DNA of 64,000 nt from a virus, in the IMG/VR virus record IMGVR_UViG_3300042868_005520, positions 1 through 64,000 of that record; one strand, 5' to 3'. Below are positions 48,175-58,078 of the stretch, piece after piece. The translations under genes were made by a program, and so were the position numbers. The notes under the pieces are model-generated. The model saw only the letters and a list, made by a program, of their open reading frames with translations. It had not been told where the DNA came from and did not search any database. The stretch's first letter is position 1. The number at the start of each line of letters is the position of its first letter.

Positions 48175-48606
48175 ATGCCACTAGATTTCCCCCCATCACC
48201 AAGCGTAAACAATACCTACTCCTTTGGCGGAAAAACATGGAAGTGGAATGGTGCTGCATGGGAGGTATTTTTCAGTATTGATAGCGGTGCTGCTGTCGTG
48301 GGCACTTCATTTGAAGTGGAAGTAACTGCTGGAGCAACTCAATACATTATTGGATTACCTAATAATGTGGTGATAGGCAGTGGAATCAGCACAAATTATT
48401 TGAATTTTGCTAATGGATCCACCTTTTCGGGAAACTCTTCAGGCGTAACTCTTTCTAATACTTTGAATGTTTCGGGTGATCTAAATATAGCAGGACGACT
48501 CCTCGTAGATGGGGTCATTGTCAGCAAATCAGGATTCAGTGGATTTACTGGAAACGGTATAGTTGAGCCAGTAACTGATGTAGACCTAGACGGAGGAGAA
48601 TTCTAA
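48175..48606 (+). CDS. Small virion/fibre-associated protein
   Basis: DFP.SP....Y...GKTW.WNG..W N-terminus; ends DLDGGEF. Confidence 0.6.
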   Translation: MPLDFPPSPSVNNTYSFGGKTWKWNGAAWEVFFSIDSGAAVVGTSFEVEVTAGATQYIIGLPNNVVIGSGISTNYLNFANGSTFSGNSSGVTLSNTLNVSGDLNIAGRLLVDGVIVSKSGFSGFTGNGIVEPVTDVDLDGGEF

Positions 48607-48607
48607 A

Positions 48608-50089
48608 ATGGCAATTATCCGTATAAAACGATCAACAGGAACCAATTTACCATCAGGTCTTACCTTTGGCGAGTTGGCGTTTGTGCAAGGCAGTGGAGCC
48701 ACCGCAAATCGTTTGTATATTGCAGGTAGTTCAGGTGGAACCGCATGGGTCGGCGCAGAGATTCTCAATTCTCCCATCTATTGGAGTGGACTAACTGCAC
48801 AAACCACTCTTGCAACCATTTCTGCAACCGAAAACCGAATTGTTGCTGGTGGTGGTGTAACATTTGCATCAGATATAACAGTAAATATTAGTGCAGGTAA
48901 ATATTTTGGAAAGTATACTCGCGGAGACATTATTCCCGCAACAGGAAAAACTGTTAAAGAAGTGGTAGAGTTGTCACTTAGTGAAGTGATTACACCCCTG
49001 ATAACTATTGTCCCATCAGGAACTATTGATTTTGGTCAGACATCTGGAAGCATCTCCCTTGCTGTTACCTACACCATCAAGACCGCAGGAGCAAGCGCAG
49101 CAGGTTCCACGCTAGAATTCCAGTATAACGGTGCTGCAAGTTGGACAACTCTATCTACTGCCCTAAAGGATGATGCCAAGGGAACGGATCAGCAATACAC
49201 TGGTTCATTCACGCATAACACATGGAATCGTGCGAGTGATGCGGGATCTGGTGGTACATACGGAACCACAGTATTCAACTACAGATACACCATTCACGAC
49301 ACATTCGGTGCAACCGCAACCATATCAACAACGAGAACTCCTGGAGGTGCATCTTCTCCAACTGTTGACACTTTTGTTGCTGCTGGAAATGTGTCTGCTC
49401 CCGAAACCAATACCGTGCGAGAAAAAGGAAATACTTACTCCACCATTACAGCCACTTTAAGAAGAGTGAATCAGTATGTTCCTCTGACATTCTGGAAACT
49501 CCAATACAGAGAAAATGGCATTGGTGCATACGCAGACACAAACACGCCTTCTGCTGGTTTTCAAGCAGTTAGCGGAAATCCTGGCACTGTTTCTATCAGT
49601 ACCAATCACGCCCCTGCTAACACAGTGAATCGGGTTGACTATCAAGTTGTGGTTCGTGATCAGTATAGAGACACGATAAACGCAAATGGTGTAGATGTCA
49701 CTCCAACACCTAATCCTGGTGTATCTTTTGGTTACAAGATATTCTACGGGGCAACCGCTTCCATTCCAACGAATTCGGCGGGTGTGCGTACTCTTCCTGG
49801 TGTAAGCATGGCAAGCGGAACCAATGCGTTCCCTAATCCATTCACACTGAACAGCGGAATTGCATTTAAAAACTTTGTTATTGCCTTGCCTACAAACATA
49901 ACCGTATTAACACAAGCAGATTTGGAAGCAATTAGCGCAAGTCCAGGCTACGCACTAAGCGGTTCGCTGACCGCTGTTAATGATGTAGCAGGAAACTCTA
50001 AAAATTATAATGTGTATACCCTGACGAACGGAAGTACCTATGCCGAAAATCACCGTCATGTCATAACAACCACAGGAACGGTAGCCTAA
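48608..50089 (+). CDS. Fibre/adhesin-like structural protein
   Basis: IRIKRS....P..L..GELA N-terminal domain; Thr/Gly-rich beta composition. Confidence 0.65.
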   Translation: MAIIRIKRSTGTNLPSGLTFGELAFVQGSGATANRLYIAGSSGGTAWVGAEILNSPIYWSGLTAQTTLATISATENRIVAGGGVTFASDITVNISAGKYFGKYTRGDIIPATGKTVKEVVELSLSEVITPLITIVPSGTIDFGQTSGSISLAVTYTIKTAGASAAGSTLEFQYNGAASWTTLSTALKDDAKGTDQQYTGSFTHNTWNRASDAGSGGTYGTTVFNYRYTIHDTFGATATISTTRTPGGASSPTVDTFVAAGNVSAPETNTVREKGNTYSTITATLRRVNQYVPLTFWKLQYRENGIGAYADTNTPSAGFQAVSGNPGTVSISTNHAPANTVNRVDYQVVVRDQYRDTINANGVDVTPTPNPGVSFGYKIFYGATASIPTNSAGVRTLPGVSMASGTNAFPNPFTLNSGIAFKNFVIALPTNITVLTQADLEAISASPGYALSGSLTAVNDVAGNSKNYNVYTLTNGSTYAENHRHVITTTGTVA

Positions 50090-50090
50090 T

Positions 50091-52055
50091 ATGCCACTTC
50101 ATCAATTCACAAGCGGTCTTCAATTAGGATACGGAATACAGCCCGTAAATCCTGTTCCTGTTGATTCATTTTCTGGTCCATATGCTGCGGGAACAACCAC
50201 TGCCGCAGTTGAATTGGCAAATGCCACCATTCCTGCTGCCCTGCGATTCTTGTCACTTGAAGTACGAATTTTGGCTCCTTATGAGGGTGCAACCCTTGCA
50301 TACAAGTACTGGTATCGTGGCAGTACAGCAGATAATGGACTTGTAGAATTTTCGTCTGCTTCCAATTCCACTGATTCTGGAGTAACACTAGCAGTCGCTG
50401 GCGCAGGAATTGTGCTGTCTCCCGCAGGAGGAACAGGAACAGTTACATTTATCAATAATGGTGTGTTGTCATTCAACGGCAATACTGGTGCTGTTAGTGG
50501 TGCTTCACTTGGTGCAAACACCTTTACGGCACTCAATACCTTTAATGCAGGTATCACCACATCATCTATTTACGCTTCGACAGGATCCACTTTTGGTGCA
50601 CGAGTTGATGTTGCTGGTGTTCTTGATGTTGCTGGTGGTGTCACACTAGAAGCAACTCTTGATGTAACTAGTGTTGCTAAATTCAATAGCAATGTTACTC
50701 TCGGCGATGAAGTTGCAGATATTATAACCGTAAATGGTCGGTTTATAGCAAATGCAGGTATTACAGCAAATGCAGGTATTACTACAGCATTCATCTACGC
50801 TTCCACAGGATCCACTTTCGGTGGAACCCTCGTAGTAAACGGTGGAGCAACCTTTGCCGCGACAGATCACTCTGGTGTTGCTAGATTTGCAGCAGGACTC
50901 ACCACAAGTACTCTTGATGTTGTGGGCATCTCCAGGTTTGCAGGTGGTTCAACCTTCTCAGGCATCGCTACATTCACTTCTGGTATTACTACTTCATTCG
51001 TCTACGCTTCGACTGGTTCTACCTTTGGCGCACGAGTCGATGTTGCAGGTGTTCTTGATGTTGTTGGTGGTGTCACACTAGAAAATACTCTTGATGTTAG
51101 TGGTGTAGCGCGGTTCACCGTAGGTATTACCACATCAACTCTTAATTCTTCAGGAGCAATTAGAGCCAACGGAGGACTGACTGCTTCCACTCTTGATGTT
51201 CAGGGTGTTTCCAAGTTTGCAGGTGGAGCAACATTCGCTTCCCCTGCTGATTTTGCTTCTGCTGCCAAATTTGCTGTGGGGTTGACCTCTAGCGGAGATG
51301 TGGTTGTTGGTTCTGCTGGTACCGTACTCAAGACAAACGGCGATGCCACCATTGGTGCAACTCTCACGGTGAACGGAAACTTCTTTGTTGCAGGAACACT
51401 GACCACTGTTAACCGAACCGATCTTTCCATTGACGATAAGACCATTACTCTTGGTAGAACTCTTGCAGATGATGCTCTTGCAGACGGTGGTGGACTGTCT
51501 CTCAATGGATCATCTCCTAGAACACTCACTTGGAGCAACAGTGCCGATGCGTGGACAAGCAACGACAACTTTAATGTTACTACTGGTTACGGCTACAAGG
51601 TAAACAACACCACAGCCCTTGCTTCAGGCATGGTTCACGGGTTGAGTGCTTCGACAGGAATAATTACTGGTGGTACATGGGCAGCAAACCTGATTGGTCT
51701 TACCTACGGGGGAACAAACAAGGATCTATCGGGAGCGGCTGCTTTTGGAGTTGTATACAAAGATGCCGACAGTATGGAAGTCACGGCAGCAGGAACTTCA
51801 GGACAAATTCTAAAGTCCAACGGTTCTGCTGCCCCAACATGGATAGATGTGACTTCTCTGTCTGGTCTAACAGCAGCAAAGGTCAAAACCACCGCCACGA
51901 ATACCGCAGGAACATACTTCCTTACATTCGTAACGGCTGCTTCAGACTCTACTGATCTGTTTGTTGATACCACCACAGGCGTAACCTACGATGCAAACAC
52001 AGGTTTATTGTCCTGCACAAAGTTAGAAGCACTTGTTGATGGTGGTACATTTTGA
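50091..52055 (+). CDS. Fibre-like structural protein with internal repeats
   Basis: Repeated GITTS.IYASTGSTFG modules, TVNGN..V.GT.TTVN...L.IDDK.I.L domain; ends VDGGTF. Confidence 0.7.
   Translation: MPLHQFTSGLQLGYGIQPVNPVPVDSFSGPYAAGTTTAAVELANATIPAALRFLSLEVRILAPYEGATLAYKYWYRGSTADNGLVEFSSASNSTDSGVTLAVAGAGIVLSPAGGTGTVTFINNGVLSFNGNTGAVSGASLGANTFTALNTFNAGITTSSIYASTGSTFGARVDVAGVLDVAGGVTLEATLDVTSVAKFNSNVTLGDEVADIITVNGRFIANAGITANAGITTAFIYASTGSTFGGTLVVNGGATFAATDHSGVARFAAGLTTSTLDVVGISRFAGGSTFSGIATFTSGITTSFVYASTGSTFGARVDVAGVLDVVGGVTLENTLDVSGVARFTVGITTSTLNSSGAIRANGGLTASTLDVQGVSKFAGGATFASPADFASAAKFAVGLTSSGDVVVGSAGTVLKTNGDATIGATLTVNGNFFVAGTLTTVNRTDLSIDDKTITLGRTLADDALADGGGLSLNGSSPRTLTWSNSADAWTSNDNFNVTTGYGYKVNNTTALASGMVHGLSASTGIITGGTWAANLIGLTYGGTNKDLSGAAAFGVVYKDADSMEVTAAGTSGQILKSNGSAAPTWIDVTSLSGLTAAKVKTTATNTAGTYFLTFVTAASDSTDLFVDTTTGVTYDANTGLLSCTKLEALVDGGTF
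50472..50651 (+). repeat. 180-bp fibre module, copy 1 (copy 2 at 54271-54450; partial copy ~50980-51100)
   Basis: 60-aa module FNG.TGAV.GASLGANTFT.LNTFN.GITTS.IY.STGSTFGARVDVAG.LDV.GGVT.E shared by two genes. Confidence 0.9.
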
Positions 52056-52096
52056 TCACCTAGTTTGATCGCCTAGATAGAGTGAAAGGCTTTACT

Positions 52097-52312
52097 ATGA
52101 ACGAACCAAATTACAATGAGACTGTTGTGATTCCGTTGCTTCAGAAGAAGTTTCAGGAACTCACTAACGCAAATCTAGTATTGGAGGCTAATCTTCTTGT
52201 GGAAAAGGAGAAAAATGCCTATTTACAAAAGCAGATAGCGTACATTCGTGGCGACACGCCACCAAAGAAAAAGAAAAAAGATGACTTGGTGATAGACGGC
52301 AACTCCGTCTAA
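52097..52312 (+). CDS. Small coiled-coil protein, possible fibre chaperone
   Basis: NETVVIPLL..K...L..AN...EA.LL; paralog of 55368-55886. Confidence 0.6.
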   Translation: MNEPNYNETVVIPLLQKKFQELTNANLVLEANLLVEKEKNAYLQKQIAYIRGDTPPKKKKKDDLVIDGNSV

Positions 52313-52320
52313 AATATTTA

Positions 52321-53178
52321 ATGGCAAAAATAATCACAAAATATTCAACGACTGGTGGCTCATCTCCAAGTGGTTTGACCACTGGCGAGTTGGCTGTGAA
52401 TATTTTAGACAAAAAACTGTATGTTGGTGGTGCAGCAGGACCTGTAAGTCTGTCTGATTCGTATGTAAACTCTTTTAATGGTAGAACAGGTGCAGTTCAG
52501 GGTGTGTCTGCCGCCAACGGACTTACAGGTGCGGTTACATGGGCAGCGGGTACAGGTCTAGATGTTTCCTCTGGTGGTGGAGCCATTACCTACGGAATTG
52601 GTGCGGGATTCGCACTACTACGCTCTGTTGGAAACACAGCCGCCTTGGATAATATATCTAATCCGAGCATTGGTGACTTGGTGTTTGTGCAGGATCGAGG
52701 AACTTACTACTACTGGGATTACTACGCCGCAGGAGGGACACTCGCGTGGATTAACATTAGTTTAATTTCAAATGCATTGCAAGGAGATCTGAACGGTGAC
52801 GGATCCGTTAATGGTGCAGACCTCGGCATTTTGCTTAATAGTTGGTCTGTACTATCTGGTAGCAATTCCTTGACTATCGGTGTTAAAGACGGCATAACAG
52901 GTGCTTTTAAAATATTTGCAGACGGAAGTGCCAATCCCAAGAAGCAAGAAATGGTTGTGGTGTCAACCCAAGGCACCACATCAGCATTCTCAGTAAACAC
53001 AGACACTCTGTATTTTACGGGATTAGTTGAAATAGACGGCGAGAATGTGGATAAGGTTGCGTTAACCGTCTACAACGGAAAAACAGAACTGTATGGCGAC
53101 ACCACCGTTAACGGAACCCTACAACTCCTTAACGGGGGAATTTCGGGTGGATTTATAGACGGTGGAACATTTGTATAA
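52321..53178 (+). CDS. Fibre/adhesin-like protein with dockerin/EF-hand motif
   Basis: P..L..GELAVN..D.KLYVG N-terminus; GDLNGDGSVNGADLGILLNSW; ends IDGGTFV. Confidence 0.7.
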   Translation: MAKIITKYSTTGGSSPSGLTTGELAVNILDKKLYVGGAAGPVSLSDSYVNSFNGRTGAVQGVSAANGLTGAVTWAAGTGLDVSSGGGAITYGIGAGFALLRSVGNTAALDNISNPSIGDLVFVQDRGTYYYWDYYAAGGTLAWINISLISNALQGDLNGDGSVNGADLGILLNSWSVLSGSNSLTIGVKDGITGAFKIFADGSANPKKQEMVVVSTQGTTSAFSVNTDTLYFTGLVEIDGENVDKVALTVYNGKTELYGDTTVNGTLQLLNGGISGGFIDGGTFV

Positions 53179-53229
53179 TTACCTATATAGTAACAGCATA
53201 CTTTACTATTAACTTTTAAGGAACGTATC

Positions 53230-55281
53230 ATGGCAACTCAACTAACTTTCCGCAGAGGCACATCCGAACCAACTCAAGCATCAGGATTGACTCTTGGTGA
53301 ACCAGCGTTTAATACCTCGCTGAGTACTTTCCATATTGGAAGAGGTGCAGGTGTTACGGCTGCTTGGGTTGGTGCACAAATCAGTGGTCTGTCTACGGGC
53401 ATTGCTGCGGGACTTACCTTGCAGGTTCCAACCATGTCTGCGGTTAAAGACTATGTTGCAAGCACCACATCGGGTGTTGCCACTCTAAACAGTTTAACAG
53501 GCACAGTTACCCTTGCTGCTGGCACTAATATTGGAGTCACCACTGCTGGCAGTAGTATTACTGTTACGAACTTGGGTGTGCAAACCTTTAACGGACTCAC
53601 GGGTGCTGTTGGCGGTGTCACCACATCTGCTGCAAACACCTTTACCGCACTTAATACTTTCAACGCAGGTATTAGTGCTGCTGGTGGTGTGACTTTTGCA
53701 GGTGACATTGCAGTCAATGGTGGTGATATCACCACTTCAAGTGCTACTGCAACAGTATTTAACACAACTACAACTAACTTGAGTATTGGTAGTGCTGCTA
53801 CTACTTTGACAATGGGTGCTACTTCTGGTACTGCATCTATTAGAAACTCTAATATAATTTTGGGCACTTCGAGTAGCACCTTTATTGCAACACCTGTCAG
53901 TACTAATAATGACTTATATATTAGTCCATATGGAAATTTGTTATTAGCACCAAGTTCAAGTAGTGTAGGTGACGGTACATATGCATCAGTGGTTGTCACC
54001 AATAGTACTGATGCAGCAGGTCAAGTACAGATTGCTGGAGGTGATCTTTATCTTGGTACAAAATCTGTAGATGGAGCGGTGTTTACATCTGTCAATGTAA
54101 TATTTGAAGGTTCGGGGAATGCCGATTCCAACAAAACAACAGTAACTGTAGACAACCCAACAGCAAATCGTACAATCACCTTACCTAATGCTTCTGGTAC
54201 TGTTGCACTCACTAGTCAGTTAATGGGGGCAGTGAACGGCTCTACGGCTGCAACCAACGCAGTGACTTCTTTCAACGGACTCACTGGTGCAGTCACAGGT
54301 GCATCACTTGGTGCAAACACCTTTACTGGACTCAACACATTCAACTCAGGTATCACCACATCATTCATCTATGTTTCCACAGGATCCACCTTTGGTGCAC
54401 GAGTTGATGTTGCTGGTATTCTTGATGTTGTTGGTGGTGTCACAATGGAATCTACCAGTGATCATGCTGGTGCTGCCAGATTTGCTTCAACGCTTGTTTC
54501 CACAGGTTCAATAACCGCAAATGGTGGATTGACTGCTTCCACCCTTGATGTGAGTGGTACTGCCAGAACAACAGGCAACATGACTGTTGGTGCAACGCTC
54601 ACAGTCACGGGAAACTTACTTGTTAACGGCACAACAACCACGATTAACTCCACTACACTTTCAGTGGACGACAAAAATATTGTGCTTGCTGATGGTAATG
54701 TACTAGATGCATCCGCCGATGGTGGTGGTATTACTCTTAAAGGAGCCACAGATAAAACCTTTAATTGGGTGGATGGAACCGATTCGTGGACAAGCAGCGA
54801 ACACATGGATCTTGCCGCAACAAAGGTGTTCAAGATTGGAACAAGCACGGTTCTATCATCAAGTGCTCTTGGCAGTGGTGTTACTGGATCTAGTCTTACC
54901 GCAGTTGGAACACTCGCAACAGGCGTATGGCAAGCCACAGCGATTGGTGCAACCTACGGTGGTACGGGACTTACTTCATACACCATTGGTGATGTGATCT
55001 ACGCAAACGGCACAAGTTCTCTTGCTAAACTTACTACTACCACGGCAGGATATCTGCTGGCGGCAAACGGTGCTGGTGCTGCTCCTGAGTACAAGCAAGT
55101 ACTGATTAAAGACGCTGCTGCAAACTCTATTGCCACGATCCTATCTGGATCAGGAACTCTTACTGCTACTATTCAGAATGCTACCTCATCACTAAAGGGA
55201 GTTGCATCGTTTGATAACACAAACTTTACTGTTAGTACTGGAGCAGTTACGATTACAGGAGTAGACGGTGGCACTTACTGA
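53230..55281 (+). CDS. Fibre-like structural protein
   Basis: FRRG....L..GEPAFN N-terminus, shared modules, RTITLP.ASGTV, KG.ASF....F.V..G.V; ends VDGGTY. Confidence 0.7.
   Translation: MATQLTFRRGTSEPTQASGLTLGEPAFNTSLSTFHIGRGAGVTAAWVGAQISGLSTGIAAGLTLQVPTMSAVKDYVASTTSGVATLNSLTGTVTLAAGTNIGVTTAGSSITVTNLGVQTFNGLTGAVGGVTTSAANTFTALNTFNAGISAAGGVTFAGDIAVNGGDITTSSATATVFNTTTTNLSIGSAATTLTMGATSGTASIRNSNIILGTSSSTFIATPVSTNNDLYISPYGNLLLAPSSSSVGDGTYASVVVTNSTDAAGQVQIAGGDLYLGTKSVDGAVFTSVNVIFEGSGNADSNKTTVTVDNPTANRTITLPNASGTVALTSQLMGAVNGSTAATNAVTSFNGLTGAVTGASLGANTFTGLNTFNSGITTSFIYVSTGSTFGARVDVAGILDVVGGVTMESTSDHAGAARFASTLVSTGSITANGGLTASTLDVSGTARTTGNMTVGATLTVTGNLLVNGTTTTINSTTLSVDDKNIVLADGNVLDASADGGGITLKGATDKTFNWVDGTDSWTSSEHMDLAATKVFKIGTSTVLSSSALGSGVTGSSLTAVGTLATGVWQATAIGATYGGTGLTSYTIGDVIYANGTSSLAKLTTTTAGYLLAANGAGAAPEYKQVLIKDAAANSIATILSGSGTLTATIQNATSSLKGVASFDNTNFTVSTGAVTITGVDGGTY
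53587..53685 (+). repeat. 99-bp fibre module, copy 1 (copy 2 at 56148-56246)
   Basis: Identical 33 aa FNGLTGAVGGVTTSAANTFTALNTFNAGISAAG with synonymous differences only. Confidence 0.9.
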
Positions 55282-55367
55282 TTGAAAATATTACAGTGGT
55301 TGGGTAGCAGAGCGTAAAGGCTCTGCTGTCCACATACATACTACAGCCTCTTGAAAGGAGATATATT

Positions 55368-55886
55368 ATGGAAAGCAAGAACCCGAACGAAACTATTTTG
55401 ATTCCCCTTCTAAACAAGCGACTCACTGATCTTGTTGTTGCAAATATTTTAACTGAAGCGAAGTTACTGTACTGCGAAGAAGAGAAAACAGAACTAAAAA
55501 CACTGTTGGAGAAAGAGCAGACTGCGGCAAAGCAGTTGGTTGAAGACAACTCATCTGCTTTCTCCAAAGCACTACAAGAGCAAACGCAGAGCATTCGTGA
55601 TACCTGTGAGCAGGAAAAAACTGCTGTGCAACAGGCTGCGGAGCACAGCAAGCAAGAAATTGCTAAAAATTGGGAGCAAGAACTTGCAACCCAAACAGGA
55701 AACCTTAATGCAAGGATTAATGCCTTAACGGCAGAACTCCAATCATCCAATCAAATGGTTAGTTCTCTCCGTAAAGAAATTCGGGAGTTAACGGTACCAG
55801 TCGTTGTTGTGGAGGAAAAAACTACCACACAACCGAAGCGAAACAGCAAGAAACTGGCTCCTGCAATGAGTAGTGATACCTACTAA
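55368..55886 (+). CDS. Coiled-coil protein, possible fibre chaperone
   Basis: NETILIPLL.K.L..L..AN...EA.LL then long heptads; AAGGAG RBS. Confidence 0.65.
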   Translation: MESKNPNETILIPLLNKRLTDLVVANILTEAKLLYCEEEKTELKTLLEKEQTAAKQLVEDNSSAFSKALQEQTQSIRDTCEQEKTAVQQAAEHSKQEIAKNWEQELATQTGNLNARINALTAELQSSNQMVSSLRKEIRELTVPVVVVEEKTTTQPKRNSKKLAPAMSSDTY

Positions 55887-55907
55887 ATAGGGGTAGGAGA
55901 ATTTACA

Positions 55908-57581
55908 TTGGCAACACAAATTCAAATCAAGCGTGGCTCTACCACTCCAGCAGGACTAACTGTTGGCGAAAGTGCCATGAACACAAGCACCAACCAAATC
56001 TACTTGGGTGGAACGGGTGGAACTGTTTTGGTTGGTGGAGAAGTCACGGGTGGTGTAGACATGGGTGCAGGTTCGGCTGTTTCTGCCAATCGCATTCCCA
56101 CACAGAGTGGTGTCTACAACTATGTTCGCAATAGTACCGTTACTTCGTTTAATGGACTCACAGGAGCCGTGGGTGGTGTTACCACATCTGCTGCAAACAC
56201 CTTTACGGCACTCAATACTTTCAATGCAGGTATTAGTGCAGCAGGATCCACTTTCTCGTCCACCACAAACACACTTGATGTGATTGCGTCAACAGAAGGC
56301 GCAGGGCTTCGCATCGCAAAGGCTGTTACAGGAACAAACAGCAGAGTTGGTGGAATTCGTCTAGGCAGATCGGGTACTACTGCAAGCAACACATATCTTG
56401 AAGGTAGTGCTGGTACATTTACTATTTACAACGGAGTAGACAACACAGCCAATGCTTTTGCATTATTCTCTAGTACAGCATTCACTATTGGTGCTACTAC
56501 AGCCTCTCAAATGAACCTGAACTGTCCAGGGACAGTGCAGATTGGTGATGCTACTGGTACTGTTACACTACACGGTCAAAAGTTCACACTTGACGGTTCA
56601 ACACGCTTCTTTACTTTTGGTGATAATAGTGGTACTACCGCAGGATTCGTGGGCATAAACCGCGCATACAACGGTCTGTGTGCAGACTACGCCCTTGAAG
56701 TAAACAGCCCCACTGGCAAGGGCTTGCAGTTAATCTACAACGATAACACGGGGGCTGCGTCCAACTGGGTGAACATGGATGTGAGCAGCGGTGGTAACTA
56801 CACACTGCGTCCAAGCGGTGGCTTGGCTACGGTTACGGGAACGCTGAATGTGTCTGCTGGTGTTTGTGCTGCTGGTGCAACATTCTCAGGTAATGTGACA
56901 GCCCAAAGTACATTGTATACTGATAATATACAAGCCATAGGAAATCAAATAAATATTGCTAATGTAGCAAGTGGTAGAGTTGCTTTTGGTGACTACGATG
57001 GTGCTGGCAACTCTACTTTTGTGTTTATAAGAGATGCTACATCTAGTCTATTAATTTCAAATCCAAATGGGGTTGTCGGAATTGGTGATCCTAACAATGT
57101 GGGCAGCGGATATGCCCTATTATATGATGCTGCTGTTGGATCCTTGGACGGTAATAATTCTTCTCTTACTAATTTTAGTAGTGGAGATTTCAATGGTCGT
57201 CTTGATATGAATGGTGGGTACTCCGAACGGGGTGCCACGGCTTCACAGGCAACAAACACCATAACATTCAATGCTGCTTCAGGAAACACACAGAAGTTTG
57301 TTCCTAGTGCAGTGGTCAACACCGTTAATTTTACTAATATAAACACCGCCTCAACACAATGCACATCCGCAACTCTAATATTCCTTCACGGTGCAACTCC
57401 TTACGGACTTACTACGGGAACATTCTCTGTGCAACTAGCGGGAGTAACCAAAACTGTGAAGTGGTCTGGCGGATCTGCACCAACGCTAACAAACACTGCA
57501 AACAAAACAGATATTCTTAACTTCCTGACATATGATGGTGGAACTACTTGGCTTGGATTTGTTGGAGGTCTGAATTTCTAA
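55908..57581 (+). CDS. Fibre/receptor-binding-like protein
   Basis: IQIKRG..P..L..GE.A.N N-terminus (TTG start, AGGAG RBS); C-terminal VKW.GG.APTL......DI..F.T.DGG..W.G domain. Confidence 0.7.
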   Translation: MATQIQIKRGSTTPAGLTVGESAMNTSTNQIYLGGTGGTVLVGGEVTGGVDMGAGSAVSANRIPTQSGVYNYVRNSTVTSFNGLTGAVGGVTTSAANTFTALNTFNAGISAAGSTFSSTTNTLDVIASTEGAGLRIAKAVTGTNSRVGGIRLGRSGTTASNTYLEGSAGTFTIYNGVDNTANAFALFSSTAFTIGATTASQMNLNCPGTVQIGDATGTVTLHGQKFTLDGSTRFFTFGDNSGTTAGFVGINRAYNGLCADYALEVNSPTGKGLQLIYNDNTGAASNWVNMDVSSGGNYTLRPSGGLATVTGTLNVSAGVCAAGATFSGNVTAQSTLYTDNIQAIGNQINIANVASGRVAFGDYDGAGNSTFVFIRDATSSLLISNPNGVVGIGDPNNVGSGYALLYDAAVGSLDGNNSSLTNFSSGDFNGRLDMNGGYSERGATASQATNTITFNAASGNTQKFVPSAVVNTVNFTNINTASTQCTSATLIFLHGATPYGLTTGTFSVQLAGVTKTVKWSGGSAPTLTNTANKTDILNFLTYDGGTTWLGFVGGLNF

Positions 57582-57982
57582 TGTTTCCATCAAAGGTAGG
57601 TTTTCACTCCTCTATTCTTACTCCGAGGCTGACCAGTACTCTTGGGGCTTTGAGCAGAGGCGTAGGCAATTACGGTACGATGGGGTATGTTCTCATGGGT
57701 AACATAAACAAGCGTGAAAGATTTTTCGTAACAACAACGAATGCTAACATTACAGTTCAAATAGAAACTACAAGCACATCAGCAAATCCTTTTTCTGTGA
57801 TTACAGGAACAAATGCGTTTGCTACTCCTATTGAATTAAAAATCAACAATGGAGAGTATATTCATATTGGTATGAAGGGATCCGTTGTAGGTACTGGAAC
57901 TTTATCCTTGCGTTCAAATAGTTCTACAGGAACAATTTTGGCAAGCGTTGCATACCAAGTTATCACTGGTGGCAGAGGCTAA
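57581..57982 (+). CDS. Hypothetical protein (possible fibre-tip partner)
   Basis: TAATG coupling to the fibre gene; Thr/Gly-rich. Confidence 0.55.
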   Translation: MFPSKVGFHSSILTPRLTSTLGALSRGVGNYGTMGYVLMGNINKRERFFVTTTNANITVQIETTSTSANPFSVITGTNAFATPIELKINNGEYIHIGMKGSVVGTGTLSLRSNSSTGTILASVAYQVITGGRG

Positions 57983-58006
57983 ACCAAATAATCATCCGAA
58001 TACTTT

Positions 58007-58030
58007 AGAGGGGCGAAAGCCCCTCTTTTT
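58007..58030 (+). terminator. Intrinsic terminator ending the fibre array
   Basis: AGAGGGGC-GAAA-GCCCCTCT followed by TTTT. Confidence 0.9.
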
Positions 58031-58078
58031 GTTATGATTTGCTCTACATACTCTACCTAATCAACACAGGAGTTCGCT

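Noticed and set aside
50472-56246. Diversity-generating retroelement TR/VR pair or invertible shufflon in the fibre repeats
   Set aside because: All copies are in-frame and coding, in direct orientation, with synonymous rather than adenine-specific differences; no reverse transcriptase or invertase in the window
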